Shown here: positions 45,801 through 64,000 of the stretch, piece after piece
Position numbering within the stretch: the stretch's first letter is position 1
Layout of the letters: each line of letters starts with the position of its first letter
Assembly (NCBI GenBank): GCA_030141605.1
Contig: JAQGDQ010000260.1
Location: forward strand, 124,001 to 188,000
Origin: Tubiluchus corallicola
Taxonomy: Eukaryota; Animalia; Priapulida
DNA length: 64,000 nt
Direction of reading: 5' to 3'
Notes under the pieces: generated by a model
Database searches by the model: none
The model's input: the letters and a program-made list of their open reading frames with translations, nothing else
Told to the model about the DNA's origin: nothing
Translations under genes and position numbers: made by a program

Positions 45801-47403
45801 ATGAAATAGAATTTTTGAAGAAACTGTTCAGATTAATGACCGCTAGTGTTTATTACGATCGCATTCATTAGGCACTAATAACAAAAGGCTCAGCCAAAGT
45901 TTATTTTAAGTGTATTCAAAATGAAAATCTATGGAAATCTGTTTTATGGGGAAAAATTTTTAACATCAGTGTTGCTATTGCCGATATTAGAAGATTATAG
46001 GCCCGATCTCTGATTTGTTTCTATATGCAAGTTTGTTTGGTGATGTACGATTATATATTGGATCGGCACATCCTTGGTGACTAGTAACTGTAACCTTTTT
46101 TTTAGACTGCTTTCTTTGTCAATAGGTCTCACAATGCTACACTTAATATATGCTTGATATACGTTGCCTATGTTGTCATTTTATTAAATTTATTGAACTA
46201 AGTAAATATAGTGTAACTTTATTTTATAATTTTTGAAACTAGTTTTTGCTTTTTCTGCTTTCCTGTATCTTGCTAAGTAAAAGTTGTAAATCTACCTTGA
46301 AATTTGTGGGTAGAACTAATTTCACTATTTTTATTAAATTGATTTTCACTCTTTTTGTCTCATCTCACTTTTCTTTTTACAAGTGTTGCCCAAACATAGT
46401 ATGTATTTTTATGAGAAACTTGTGCAGAAATTTGATTATTTACACTTTATTCAGATGTCCCAGCCAGTGGAATGTACTTTATGACGTATGAATGGTTGCT
46501 AAGAACTTTGACACCAGAGGGTAAGGGCAGAAGTGACTTGAGTCCACTACGCACGCTGTTTGCTGGCGGAATGGCAGGCATGTTCAACTGGGCTTTTGCT
46601 ATTGCACCTGATACTCTCAAGTCAAGATACCAGACAGGTACCATATTAGATAAGCAGACCTTTGTGAAGTGCTAAAGTGACCTTATATGTAGTTGTATTG
46701 CATTGGTTTTCATTAGTGAGTTAGATTTTTATAATATTTGTAAATTTTATTAATAATGGTTGTTGTTGCATTCACTGCAAAATGGCCATTGCAGCATAGT
46801 TCACACTTTCAAAGAATGTATATACTTATGTAAGTTCAATAGTATAGTTTGATGAAATGGTCAAGGATTGGAATGTATTATTATAATTCTGACTTCTTGG
46901 AAAAATTGTGCGCTTAACACACATAGCAACCTCTTTCAAGTTTTAGACTTATTTAGAATAAGAAGCAGTCTTGCATAAAAACAACAAAATGCATCAAAAC
47001 AACAATTGGAAATTATATGATTGAAATAGAATTTCGGAACGTTAAATCAAATGATAATAAAGAAATGTGATGTGAACCTTATGTGCATATCTTAAAAAAT
47101 TTTAATAATCAAGAATTGGAACAATCATTAAAATTCTAGGATAAAGACAATGAGAAAAATGGGTAGTATATACTGATTTTTTCATTATTTAAAGAATAAC
47201 GATTTTTTTCTTTAGCACCAGCAGGCATGTACCCTCGTGGTATCCGGGATGTATTTGTGCAGATGATGAAGAATGAGGGACCGTTTGCTCTATTCAAGGG
47301 CCTCGGACCGGTCATGTTGCGAGCTTTCCCTGCTAATGCGGCTTGCTTTCTAGGTTACGAAGTAGCGATGAAATTTCTTAATTATATAGCACCAAATTTA
47401 TGA
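39802..47403 (+). CDS. SLC25A20: Mitochondrial carnitine/acylcarnitine carrier
   Basis: Exons 39802-40023, 40569-40661, 41722-41849, 42616-42706, 43454-43571, 46455-46637, 47216-47403 (TGA). Peptides [59 protein letters not shown] and [14 protein letters not shown], with three carrier signature motifs. The start codon is less certain. Confidence 0.96.
45393..46076. mobile_element. hAT-like MITE with perfect TSD
   Basis: TIRs CAGGGATGTGCCGAT / ATCGGCACATCCTTG and an identical 8-bp TSD GTGACTAG on both sides. Confidence 0.9.
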
Positions 47404-47932
47404 GAATAGTTTAGCTGCATGTCGGGCTTATGGCTTGACTAGTGTTAAAGATTTACAGGTTTAAAATGCAGTTTTTGTGATATTACAGCGCATTGTTAAA
47501 AAACTGTACATACCTATGACATTTATTCAGATTGTTGAAAAAAATAACGAAATTATGTTTTTGTAAATTCCATGATCCACCCTCTATTTTATTGTTTGAT
47601 AACAGTATTAAATAGAATCAAGGAACCCTTATACTGATCTTGTTTTGCTCACAGTAGTAATATGGATAGAAACTTTTTTAGTTGAAAGTGAGCACTTTGT
47701 TTCATAGCTCACTTAGCAGTAATGAAAGGGGACATTCTTAATTGTTTGTGTTAATTAGGCCGTCATTGAAGTACGGAAGCGGGACTGTTTTAAGATTACT
47801 GTAGACGAACGTAATTATGTAAGCTAGGATTATGTTAAGCTAGGTTTTATTACTAATTCCTGTGAAGTGAAATTGTGCACAACAGTGATATGATCTTTAC
47901 CTATCAGCTGCAGTTACTGGCATGGCTAGATA

Positions 47933-48765
47933 CAGTCGAACTTCGTTATACCGTCCCCCTCCCCGTTATAATGCCAGCCTCGCCATAACAGCAAGTTTTG
48001 CACTGTCCCGATTTCCATAATTTGTTAAACATAGGAAATACCACAAACCTCGCCTATCACCATCCGCCAACGTATCTGCTGTGCCAAAAGTCTGTTTTAC
48101 ATAATAAATCAACCTTGTTATAATGCCAGCCAAGTTAAAGCACAATGAATTACTGCTAAAAAACAGCCATAATGTTGTAAAAACAATGATCTCTGAGCAG
48201 AAAACAATTATGACGTTTAAATTAAGATTTTGGGTTTTGTAGCAAGTGACTGTATGAAAGTGAATGTTGATGTTTTGAGCAAGGAATATCCATTTTAAGA
48301 CTACAAGAGTTGCATACTTAAGCTTCAATACTGAACGGATGTGAATTTAACAGCTATTAAAGCTGCTTGATTCGAGGTCAAGTTATAAGCGGCGGCTAAT
48401 TATAGTCCAGTAATATTACTTTGGAAGCGTGGGTAGGCCGTGTAAGTGCATGTTTCTCTTATCAGCAGTTAGCTAATTAACCAGTATTTCACAAGATTTC
48501 TTCTCCACTAAAAGTTTTGCAAGGTACTGCTGTAGAGCTACACCTATGTTGTTAATGCAGCAAAAATGTGCAGTATAACGCATTTATTGTTGTCTGTATA
48601 ATAATATTTTACTATTTATCCTTTATTAAAAATAACCAGGAAACAAAATAGAGGTTACACAGTAGAATGTTTTTTCACATTAATGAACTTCACCTTACCG
48701 CCAACCCCGCTATAGGACCATATTTAGTGATGTCCCAGACGTGGCGTTATAACAAGGTTTGACTG
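47933..48765. mobile_element. pogo/Tigger-like MITE downstream of the SLC25A20 stop
   Basis: TA-flanked imperfect TIRs CAGTCGAACTTCGTTATA / TATAACAAGGTTTGACTG and internal CCTCGCCATAAC-type repeats. Confidence 0.75.
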
Positions 48766-50142
48766 TAATTACTTCTGGAGCTATTTGCCGTGAAATGTCT
48801 ATATTGGTGATCTGTGTTGTGCAAAAAGTGCACATGAACCTCATTCATAGAATTTTCCACGTCTGTGTACATAAGCCTCTCTTGAACGAAAAGTTAGGTT
48901 TATGATCTTAGTAACAGTAATTTTCTATGCATTGTAAATATTTCCAGCACGAAGTCTTTCATTTGCAGCCCGATTGTGTCATTAAAATCAGAAGCAAATG
49001 ATGTCAGAGGTCTGTGACTGAAAGATGGAGGGATGCAAATATTTATGGTGCTTAAGAACACAGTCTTGTTATTATTGCTAGTAATTTCACTTAATTTAAT
49101 ATCACACATAGCATTTTTTGGAATTGATGGCATTCATTGTTTTTTTCAGTAGGGTTCTGTTATTATTAATGACTATGTGCTGTTAATGGTCATTAATACC
49201 CGTTGTTAATGATAAAGTGCCTGTTAATGGCATTATTGCTATTGGAGCAGGTGGTTAATAGTCATTGAAGCCCCATCATTCTCATATTCTCATTGTTTAA
49301 ATAAGGCCCAAATACTGAACATTCATGTGCAGAGAATACCATTTGAATTGGTTATAGTAATTCATTCAATATTGAACGATGTAGCTTACGTTGCAACAAT
49401 ATTCAGGCTAAGATTTTGAGGTACATTGTTGTTTGTAGTAAATCAAGGAATTACTGCTACGCTATTACTAATAATAACTACTGCTAATAGTGTAGCGGTC
49501 ATATCATTGTGAGCAAGAGTTAGCATTGTTAACATATCATTGTTGGTTTCACTCACTGACAAGATTATGCTTGTCACAGGAACAGTGTATTCAACTACAT
49601 CACCTAACTCGCTTCTTCTATGTTAATTATACGGTGCAAGCATGTGACTTTGCACAGAATGGAAAGTTCTTCGAAAGTTTTGCTTTTCCAATGGAAAACC
49701 AACGTGTTTTAATGATGAATTTCTGATGTCACTTCTGTTTTGCTCAATGAATGTTTTTTAGTAAAGTAATCTGACTACAATCGTGTACTTGTATTGAAAG
49801 TTGGTGCACATCATGGTAATTGAAATGCTTTATGGTGTGGACTATGTTTAAATAAATGTGTGATGTTTTGTGATCCGAGCCATATCATTGTTTTTCTTAG
49901 TAAATCTATTAGTATAAAAGATAATCTTGTTACTATCATATTAACTATTTATATAAATTTGTGTATTAGCGAATAATACAAGAAATGCAAAAGGCTTGTT
50001 ATATTAAATAAAAATGCTTTTCTTACAAGATCTCATTAATGACCTTTACTTTGTCTTTCTTATTCACATTAATTATTGTGTATTCATGTTTAAGCAACAA
50101 GTTTTTACTTGAACACGAAAAATTATATCATAAGTAATTGCT

Positions 50143-50680
50143 TGCTTAACAAATGCACATTTAACTGGAAATCTGTACTGCTTAACAAATGCACATTTAA
50201 CTGGAAATCTGTACTGCTTAACAAATGCACATTTAACTGGAAATCTGTACTGCTTAACAAATGCACGTTTAACTGGAAATCTGTACTGCTTAACAAATGC
50301 AAATTTAACTGGAAATCTGTACTGCTTAACAAATGCAGGTTTAACTGGAAATCTGTACTGCTTAACAAATGCACGTTTAACTGGAAATCTGTACTGCTTA
50401 ACAAATGCACGTTTAACTGGAAATCTGTACTGCTTAACAAATGCACATTAAACTGGAAATCTGTACTGCTTAACAAATGCACATTTAACTGGAAATCTGT
50501 ACTGCTTAACAAATGCACGTTTAACTGGAAATCTGTACTGCTTAACAAATGCACATTTAACTGGAAATCTGTACTGCTTAACAAATGCACGTTTAACTGG
50601 AAATCTGTACTGCTTGACAAATGCATGTTTAACTGGAAATCTGTACTGCTTAACAAATGCATGTTTAACTGGAAATTTTG
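50143..50680. repeat. Minisatellite, 36-bp unit, about 15 copies
   Basis: Unit TGCTTAACAAATGCACRTTTAACTGGAAATCTGTAC, head-to-tail with no spacers. Confidence 0.97.
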
Positions 50681-51428
50681 TACATCTCCCAGTGACAGCA
50701 GGTCATGGTGTTAAATCCAAGACGAGATCTAAATCACATTATAGTTAACTAAATAAATAAATTTTACATTTTAGAATGTCTACAGTTTGCGACAACTTAA
50801 CTCAGACTGTCAAGTACAGCTGAAGTCCATTTATTTACATAATACATGTGATTTGTTAGTATTATCTTTAGATGTATTACATTATTGTTTGTTAAAAAAT
50901 AATAATGTTGTACAAGAACAATTCAGAAACATTTTAAACTAAATAGCTGTTCTGGGGTAGACCAGGCTGCATTTTTGCTGTTCAAGATGTTTAATGTGGA
51001 AACTAAATACAGTAAGAAACTGCGTTGCTTTTTGTAACGTCTACCATACTTAAAACCCCGAATCCCGTGAATGTGAAATGGCGATAATGGCATGAACATC
51101 TGTCACAAACAATAAACGTTTCGGTAGAAAAATTTTAAATAAAAAGATGTACAGTCATTACAAAAGGCCATTACTTGTGAGGCCTCAAGAGGTTTAATGC
51201 AGGACTGATTATTTGAAATTATTCGCAATATTCAGCACAGTATTCAGCCTGCTTAAATTTAAAGCAAATGCCTACCATAATAAATTGTACGTCTATTATC
51301 AACACGTTTATACGTAATAATAAAAAACAAAATATACATCTTTGTTTCTTTTAAGTAAGCAATCATGATTCATCATACAGTGCGAAAACTTACAACAGTC
51401 AAAACAGCGACCATACGTTGATAATGCT

Positions 51429-56152
<4,724 letters not shown>

Positions 56153-56466
56153 GCTTCCTGCTTTATTTAGCTGCAATACCAACTGGAAATGGGATGGGAT
56201 CATGCGGCGCGCATGCTGCCATCTATCCTGAAATCAAACAAATATATTTTTAAATAATACTTTATGTTTAAGTGTATAAAAACAACTGATTTAATTACTA
56301 AAAAATTGTAAATCAAATTTACTTGGTCAATATGAGTTTACTATAGATACTCCAGTAAAATACAGATTTTTATTAATCTTTACTTGGGAAGTGGCCAAAG
56401 ATATGTGACGTCACGAAGTTGTGCACATAGTATTTACGTTCAGGAACTTATGCATTAACAATAACT
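56153..56466. promoter_or_regulatory. Bidirectional promoter region of ARPC4 and TMBIM4
   Basis: The divergent start codons are only 314 bp apart. Contains a perfect CRE palindrome TGACGTCA (56406-56413) and CATGCGGCGCGCATG (56201-56215). Confidence 0.7.
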
Positions 56467-59400
56467 ATGGCGTCCACCGATGAAAAGTTTAATTTGCATT
56501 CCAAAAACATTGGTGATAAATCTAGTGTAGTGGACGATTTTATGTACGGCTCTAATGTAGCACAGTCACATGTCTATATACGATTAGGTAGATTACAGGT
56601 TTCTTTTGAAATACTTGCAGAATTTCTTTTTGGAACTGTGAATTTACATATTCATGGCACAACTTAAGTAATACTTTCATAATAATTTTGGCTTCTTAAA
56701 GCATGACTATCGTGAAGCCCTCAATCTCTCCTTAAAAAGGTTTAAATTCGGTGCACTAACCACTCTTTCTGGCAAACTATTCCATTTGTTTACTGCGCGG
56801 TGTGAAAAAATGAACTTTTAGTTTTACAATTAGTTCTTGCGTACAGTTTATACAAATTACAATTTCTTAGAATGACCCCCAGTGGACAGCAGAAGTGCAG
56901 CCTTAAATAGTGTATCACAACTAACACGGTTGTCTCCAATTTTGTACTTGAATACTTCATACAAGTCAGCTGTTTCTCTTCTCTGTTGGAGAGAACAAAT
57001 CTCAGGACGCAAATCAGCTGCATGACATAATCGCAAGCACCTATCTTGAACTTTCTGCAATCTCTTGAAGTCAAATTGTAACGATTGTGACCATACTACA
57101 CTAGAATATTCTAATAATGGTTGCACATAAGCTTTGTAGAGAACACCTGCTTAGGATTCCGGTTAACAAAACATCTTTTAATCAATCCAGTTATCTGATT
57201 TGCCTTCTTGCAAATGTTGGTGATATGTGCAGCAGGCTTCAGATCATTAGATATAATTACACCTAGGTCTTTATGTTCTGAAACGTGTGTTAACTCACTG
57301 CCAAACAAATAATAATGTGATGAAACTTGAGCTTTAAGTTGCAACACTACACACTTATCTGCGTTAAACTGTAATAACCATTTATCAGACCAAGATTCCA
57401 GATGAAGTAAATCTTGTTGTAAATGTACTGAATCTTCTATTGTCAGAACTCGGCGATAGATTTTTGTGTCATCAGCAAACATAGTAATTTGAAGTAACTG
57501 AATCTGGCAAATCATTGGCGAAGGATAGGAATAAAACGGGACCCAGTATAGACCCTTGCGGAACACCACTAGAAACAGAGCACCACATAGAAGATGTTCC
57601 ATTGATCTAGTAGAATAAGTAGGGTATTTTCAAATATTTCAAACCTGTGGGAGGGCAGATCCAGGAATAGAACAGTACACAGATTGCAGGTAGCACTAAG
57701 CTACGTCTCTCTGGCTACTGCTAGTAAATAAAATAAAATGCTAGTAAAATATAAGGGAGAGTGGTTGAACAAAATATACCCAAATTAAGAACATTTAAAC
57801 GATTTAAACTCATAATTTTGCACAGAGTATTATATGAATCTATCTATGACAAGAGCTCAGAAATTGTTGTCACAGTTTAGTTGTGGCATTTTACCACTGC
57901 GCAAAGAAACTGACATGTTTCAGCAAATTGACTTGAGCCATAGAATTTGTACTTTTTGTAATATGAATGTAGTAGAATGTGAAAAACATTTTGTAACAAA
58001 ATATCCCCGTTATAATAATTATAGATTTGTATGTTAAATGTTTTATAAAAAAAGACTTTCCCAGTTTGAATAATCAGCGGAAATTAATTATTATAGTGAC
58101 AGGCAATAAAATAATTAGAGAAGCATCAAAACTTATGGAAAAAAGTTATGGGAAAAGACAAAAAGAGTAATCATCATCTTCTTAAATTTTAAATAATCGA
58201 ATAGTATTCTTGGTATTAAATGTTGGTTAATTGAATGCTGTATACATCAAAAATTAATTAATGTTCACTAATGCTAATTACATAGTTTCACGCCAACCAG
58301 TTTTCTTTGTGATAATAATGTATGTGTAGTTATTGTAATAGTGACTTGTAGGCCTAAGTGGCTGGATATCAAGTTCTTACTGATGTAAATGAAAATGCGT
58401 CACTAAATGAACTACCTCTATTACTATACTACGACTACTACTGTATTATGCAATCTGATACCTTCAACGAACATTTTGCATAGTGGTAAAGCAAGTCTGA
58501 ATCTTGAGTACTCTAGTTATATCTATTTGTAGATACTAAAACTACTTATGCATGACCAATTTAAAAGAGTTATATAAGCACTAACATTTAATTTTAAGCA
58601 ACCTAAGCTGCCCAGGCTAAACTTTATGAATATAATAATTAACACGGTTTACTAACTATGAACTTTAATGCATACACTTTTGTTTTGTACAGCTGTATCT
58701 GTCAACTTCGTGCTGTACGTGTATAACGTAGGCAGGTATATTAAACTTTTAGGTTATAGAACAATACCATGTTTCAAATTTGAAAAAATACAAAGCTAGC
58801 TACCTTGGAAAAGACAGCACGCTTTTTATTAATTGTTAAAGAGTTCAGTTTTTCGTGAGATCTTCCACATGTTTGATCAATAGGCAACTTTTGCCTGTCC
58901 CTTTTGTCTAAATAAGAATAATCTAATCATGTATATACACACATTTACAGTATACTTGGTACATTTAACGACTTAAGTATTTCTGCACACGCATTTACTG
59001 TGGTGTTTGTGAGTAAAGTTATGAAAGCTGTGGAGTAGCCAGCTAGTTAAACGGTAGATTGGCCATTGTGAGGTGGACTTCTGCTGGTTGGCTGACATTT
59101 TTACGGTTTCTGTTAGAGTCTGAAACTTTACCGAAACTCATACAAAATACCTTTTGCTTTCCGAGCGTCTGTGCTATCCATTACATTACAAAAGCACTCA
59201 GATTTTCAGACTGAGATATTTTCAATACAAGATTATGACAGCCCACACAATATCAAGATCTATGGTACGAGAATGTATAATAGACATAGTAGTTCATGAC
59301 ATAATTAAAAGCAAAATCGGACTCAATGTTAAACTGTAAGCGAAAACTGAAAGGAAACATACTATTTTTTTAAAAATGACTTGCGTGAAAAATTAGTACC

Positions 59401-62400
59401 ACACAAACACAATTTCAAGTTTGCACCATTCTTCGCTGTTTCAAGCATTTCGCCATTCCCTAGTTAGATGGGCACTGAAATCATACAATTAATATTTTTG
59501 CAACTGTTTCAGGTTTCTTGAGGAAAGTTTATGGCATCCTGAGTGCACAGCTATTATGTACAACATTAGTGTCTGCAGCATTTCTTCTTACTCCTTCCAT
59601 AAAAACTTTTGTGCAGGAAAAGTAAGTATACAATACATACAATAGTAAAAGTTATTAGCACTCATGATTAAATCTTCATTAAATACACCGGCGATGACAA
59701 TGTATGCTATGAGCAGCTTTTGTTTGTTGAACTTACATGAGTGCTATGAATAATCAAATTGGTTTAGTTGACAATCATAGGAAAATATACGTAGTAGATT
59801 ATTGACTGACAGTTATACATTATTCATACAAGTATATGTGGGTAGATTGTACATTGAAGTGGGTCCTTATCATAAACCAAATATAAAAAAATTGGCACGT
59901 CATTGTGTTTGACTAGTTAATTAGCTGTATAAAAACATGATGGCAGTGCTTAAATTTTTTTGTTGAGATAGGCCGGGACATTAATGATAAGTTAATGATA
60001 ACAGTTAATGAGTGTACATGTTATTTTAATATACCAAGCTAAAGACGTTTATTGCAGGTGTAGCAACTATATCAGGCTGCTTTTTTCACCATTGCAGTTC
60101 TTAATGATTTTTGTCACTTTCCTATCTTTTACAGCAATTGGCTACTCATGGTGGCTTTCATCCTGTGCATCGGTCTTCTGATCGGTATGTTTGTAAAGAG
60201 AATGGAGACGCCAACAAACTACTATCTACTGGCAGCTTTTGTATGTACAGTATTAGTATATTTTCCTTTCTGTTAATTGAATATGAAGTGCAGTTAATAA
60301 ATGAACCAATTTCCAATGAAAACTTGCACTGTTTTTAAAAAAAAATTCACAGATTTTACAATAAACATTAAAACATTCACCATCAAGAGGTGCAGATAAA
60401 GAATGGCAAAGACTGGCGTCAAGGTGGTTTTAAGATAAACGCAAGTCTCAAGAGACCTATCTTTGTCCAAACAGACTAAATTACATAAAAACTGTGTCTG
60501 TATTTACAGTGGTAGTTCTTTAAATTAATTTTTTAAGAGTTTGATTGAAAATTTTGAGGGAGATATGCCTCAGGAAAAAAAATCTTGCTGGCCTTGAGAT
60601 CATCTCTGTGCCATTTTTTTTCCTCTCTTAGTTTTGATGTGAATTTTCAGTGTGTGTATTGATTTAGTATTGATCGAAGATTGCATACCAGTTGGTTTTT
60701 CTTACACATTGGCTTTCAAGCAGCTGACCTATTGCAAAATGAGAACTAAAATGTTTCATTGCTGCTTAAGCATTCTAGGAAAAAGTAGTTTTTGGTCTTA
60801 AATTTGAAAATCGTGGTTTTAAGATAGTTTTGGTCGTAAAATTGAAGGTGTTGAAATGTGATTTTGACCACAAATTGACTAATTCATGGTTTTGGCTTTA
60901 GCTTCTCTACCTTGGCTGTGAGCATAGCTCTAGAATAATCCATTCATCATTGTTTTTATTATGGATACAACTGTGAACATGGGTAATAATCTTCGTTTGA
61001 GCATCATAATGCCCTATTTGTTGGTTTTACTAATGTTTTTTTTAATTACAGACTCTGGTTGAATCATACACCATTGGAACAGTTGGTAAGTGCATTAGGC
61101 TTTAATGTATATTGATAAGTGAACTGATTAACTGAGTACTGATTAACGTGACTGATTGACTTCCCGGATGAGTGACTGCGTGGTGAATGGAGGGAACAGA
61201 CTGACTGATTGGTTTATTGTAACAACTTGATTTAACAAAGCTCACCTTCAAAGTCTTAAATGCTAACAATGATATGTTTGATAATAATTTCCATTAACTA
61301 ATACTGATTATTCTTTAGAAAATACTAGAGGAAGCTTAGTACTTAGCTAATAATATCCAGAAAATAATACTTAGAGTTTTGTAACGTGTTCCGTTAAGAG
61401 ATTAGTTTACAGATAACAGATTTCTACAATTTGACTGTTTTTCTTTAGTTACATTCTATGACCAGAAGATTGTCTTGGAGGCATTTCTGTTGACGTTTGC
61501 GGTTGTTGCTGGTTTAACTTTTTACACACTGCAGAGCAAACGGGATCTGACTGGATTGGGGTCAGGGTATGCATTTCCTGTCTCAAGCATGAATTTTGGT
61601 TCCCTTTTTGTGGTTTAAATGCAACTTTGTTATCTCTAATTCTCTGTTACTCATTTCTAATTCGAATGCAGTTTAATCTGTGATGTAATGCTTAGCACAG
61701 GCTTTTCCTTGATTGTCTTAGTTCAGAGGAAAAAATACTTTTCTGTTCAACATTGTTTTCCGGTAAACCCGATAATTTCATATATGTAAATGTAATAGTA
61801 ACCTGCTCTAACCAAAATCATTGCTAATTTACAATAATTTAGAAATAAATAATTATAATGGCATTGTGCCAGCAAAGCAACTTGCACTACTAACTACTCA
61901 TGAAGGACTTTAGCCTAAACCAAAATGACTGAAAGTTTTTGTTTGCTCAAATTTTACCATTTTCATCTATAAATTTTGATTAAACGTTGTGAATGAAATT
62001 TACTAATCTTATTGAGTCTGTAATCACGTGTAATACGCATTCAACAAAAATTTACTAAGATTTTTGAAATCTTAGTACCAAGAGAAATCAAAATTGAGCA
62101 CAATTTTTTGTTGGGGCTGTTTTAAAATTAAAGAGATAGTATCAGTAATTGACGGGTAGCATAAAGAAACAAAAAGTTGGTGTTGTTTCCACAAGCACAG
62201 TTTGTCAGGTGTGTGGTAATCTACTGATTGTGCATATGTAATCATAGGGCCACTCTCTGAGGTCTTTTAAGTTTACAGTGAGTTTTTCTTATTTTAGGTT
62301 GTTTACTGTTTTGTGGATTCTCATCCTGACTGGATTCATGCAGGTAAGAATATGCTTAGCAATATTGTGATTGTGATGGCCTGATTGTATTTGCATTTAT

Positions 62401-63806
62401 CTTAAGTTTGCTAGAAGCACTATGACATTCTATCTTGGTACTATAACAATGTAAGTTCTGGATGTTTCGATCTTGCCAGCAGATCGATTGTAAATCTTGA
62501 ATGTGCGAAATATGCGGGGGAGAGCACAAACTTTTTGGCTTAACCAAAAACACTAAGTTATTCATTGTGTGCATTTTATGAACTACCAGATAATTAATTA
62601 TATGCCGCATATTTCGGATGCAGCATATCTTTCCAGAATGGGATGTCTAGTATTTGGTTGTGTCGTTGTTATTGTTCTTGTGGACAGTCTGCTTTTGCAG
62701 TCATGCAAGAATGTGTTTTCTTGGCAATTACTAAACCATTTGCGACAAATTATATACTGGACTAACCGTCGCGGTCACTCAGAGGTTCATTTCAATCCAA
62801 ACCATCTGGGAGAAATGGGGACAAAACTTCCAAAAATCGGCAATTTTGCAAACTGAGATCTGGAGAGTAGGACTGCTGTACAACAGTGAAAAGAAAGTTC
62901 AGCGGCGGATGTAGCAGGCATAGTTAGATTTTGCAGCAGGGGCATGCAACAATAAGAGTTTTCTCAAGCCAGCTCCCAAATTTTGTTCAAATTCGAAATT
63001 TCAGGTAATTCACAGGTAGAAAGCTGCTGACATATAGCATTATGTAACTTTATTGGATTATACTCTGCTTGTACTTTATAACCATTATTACTGGGGGTCC
63101 TGAGCAGTAAGTAAATACTATGTAAAATGCTCGTACATTAATTAACATCAGTAGATGGGTCTGATAGTACAATGTATTAGCAATTTCACACAGTTTTGAC
63201 TATGCATAAATGTTTTTGCAAAGTTCAACTAGACTGGTGTTGTTGTTGCCATCATCATCACCATCAGTGGCGGAGGTGGCGACAGCATAGAATGGGGGGG
63301 GGGGGGGGTGTGGGTGAAAATTTCCGGTGATTATGCATTTGACTCTGGTGACAGCATGGTGTGGTCATGCATATGATGCAGGCTACGTTAAACCACGTTG
63401 CATTCTGGGACGTTAAGGTCACCTGAACTTTTTTCTCCTGTTGTTAAACCAAATACTTGTCTTAAATTGGAAATTTATGATCTAATGTGTTTATTAGAGG
63501 TAAAAATAATGCTAATTACAGGTGGCGCCATAGTGGTTTTTCTGCTTAAAAGCTGAAAGTAGTTCTCTTACCCTATGCCATGTTTTCTATTTGCAGATTT
63601 TTTTGCAAAGCGAATCATTGGAGTTAATTCTTGCTGCTGGTGGCGCCATCATTTTTTCTTTGTTCATTGTTTACGACACACATCTTCTCATGCATAAACT
63701 CAGTGCGGAGGAATACATTGTGGCAGCGATCAACTTGTATCTGGATATTATCAATTTATTTTTGCATATATTGAGACTCTTAAATGCTGCAAACAGACAA
63801 AATTAA
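56467..63806 (+). CDS. TMBIM4: Protein lifeguard 4 / Golgi anti-apoptotic protein (Bax inhibitor-1 family)
   Basis: Exons 56467-56587, 59513-59621, 60135-60240, 61052-61085, 61449-61566, 62298-62343, 63597-63806 (TAA). Peptides [37 protein letters not shown] and [38 protein letters not shown]. Confidence 0.96.
56705..57602 (-). mobile_element. 5'-truncated CR1-type LINE (RT to C-terminus), frameshifted
   Basis: [53 protein letters not shown] and [16 protein letters not shown] in shifting frames. Confidence 0.9.
57720..58200 (+). mobile_element. Second LINE ORF2 C-terminal fragment (Cys/His-rich end), opposite orientation
   Basis: KLRTF..FK, then [15 protein letters not shown]...RICTFC...ECEKHFV..YPRY matches the C-terminal CxxC..E.E.HF motif of non-LTR elements. 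Confidence 0.7.
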
Positions 63807-63929
63807 AAGACACTTTGACTTTTGTAAAAGAATTTTTCTGTTGTTGATGAATGTAAATATTATAATGCGTAAACTTTGTAATGGATGACTGAGATAATAT
63901 ATAATAATGTATGCTGGAAATGTATTTCT

Positions 63930-63935
63930 AATAAA
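63930..63935 (+). promoter_or_regulatory. Likely TMBIM4 polyadenylation signal
   Basis: AATAAA about 125 nt after the stop, followed by T/GT-rich sequence. Confidence 0.45.
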
Positions 63936-64000
63936 CACGCTATGGGTTTTGCTCCTTTCAATTATTAATATTTGTGTGGTACTTTTTACAGTCTGAATAG

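Noticed and set aside
50109-50714. 36-bp repeats as a CRISPR array, or as 201/179-aa repeat proteins
   Set aside because: Units are contiguous with no unique spacers, there are no cas genes and the context is eukaryotic. The ORFs arise only because the 36-bp unit lacks stops in those frames.

Overview
AT-rich, intron-rich metazoan (most likely invertebrate bilaterian) genomic DNA, not prokaryotic. Five spliced housekeeping genes can be rebuilt exon by exon from GT-AG sites and recognisable protein sequence. They are the 3' end of the HECT E3 ligase HUWE1 (+, ends 11795), a complete USP4/11/15-family deubiquitinase (-, 21 coding exons), the mitochondrial carnitine/acylcarnitine carrier SLC25A20 (+), ARPC4 (-) and TMBIM4/Lifeguard-4 (+). 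They alternate tail-to-tail and head-to-head. An intronless class A GPCR is nested antisense in a HUWE1 intron. A decayed LRR-transmembrane gene, absent from the ORF track, lies between HUWE1 and USP15. The introns carry many MITEs (hAT-like with 8-bp TSDs, piggyBac-like, Tc1/mariner-pogo-like), LINE fragments, a tRNA-derived SINE, two minisatellites and several unverified structured-RNA candidates. I see no CRISPR array and cannot confirm a wholly new system. The best leads are the nested GPCR, the LRR-TM relic, the duplicated N-terminal extension of SLC25A20, the ancestral linkage of the five genes and the intronic RNA candidates. All coordinates were read by eye and may be off by a few bases.
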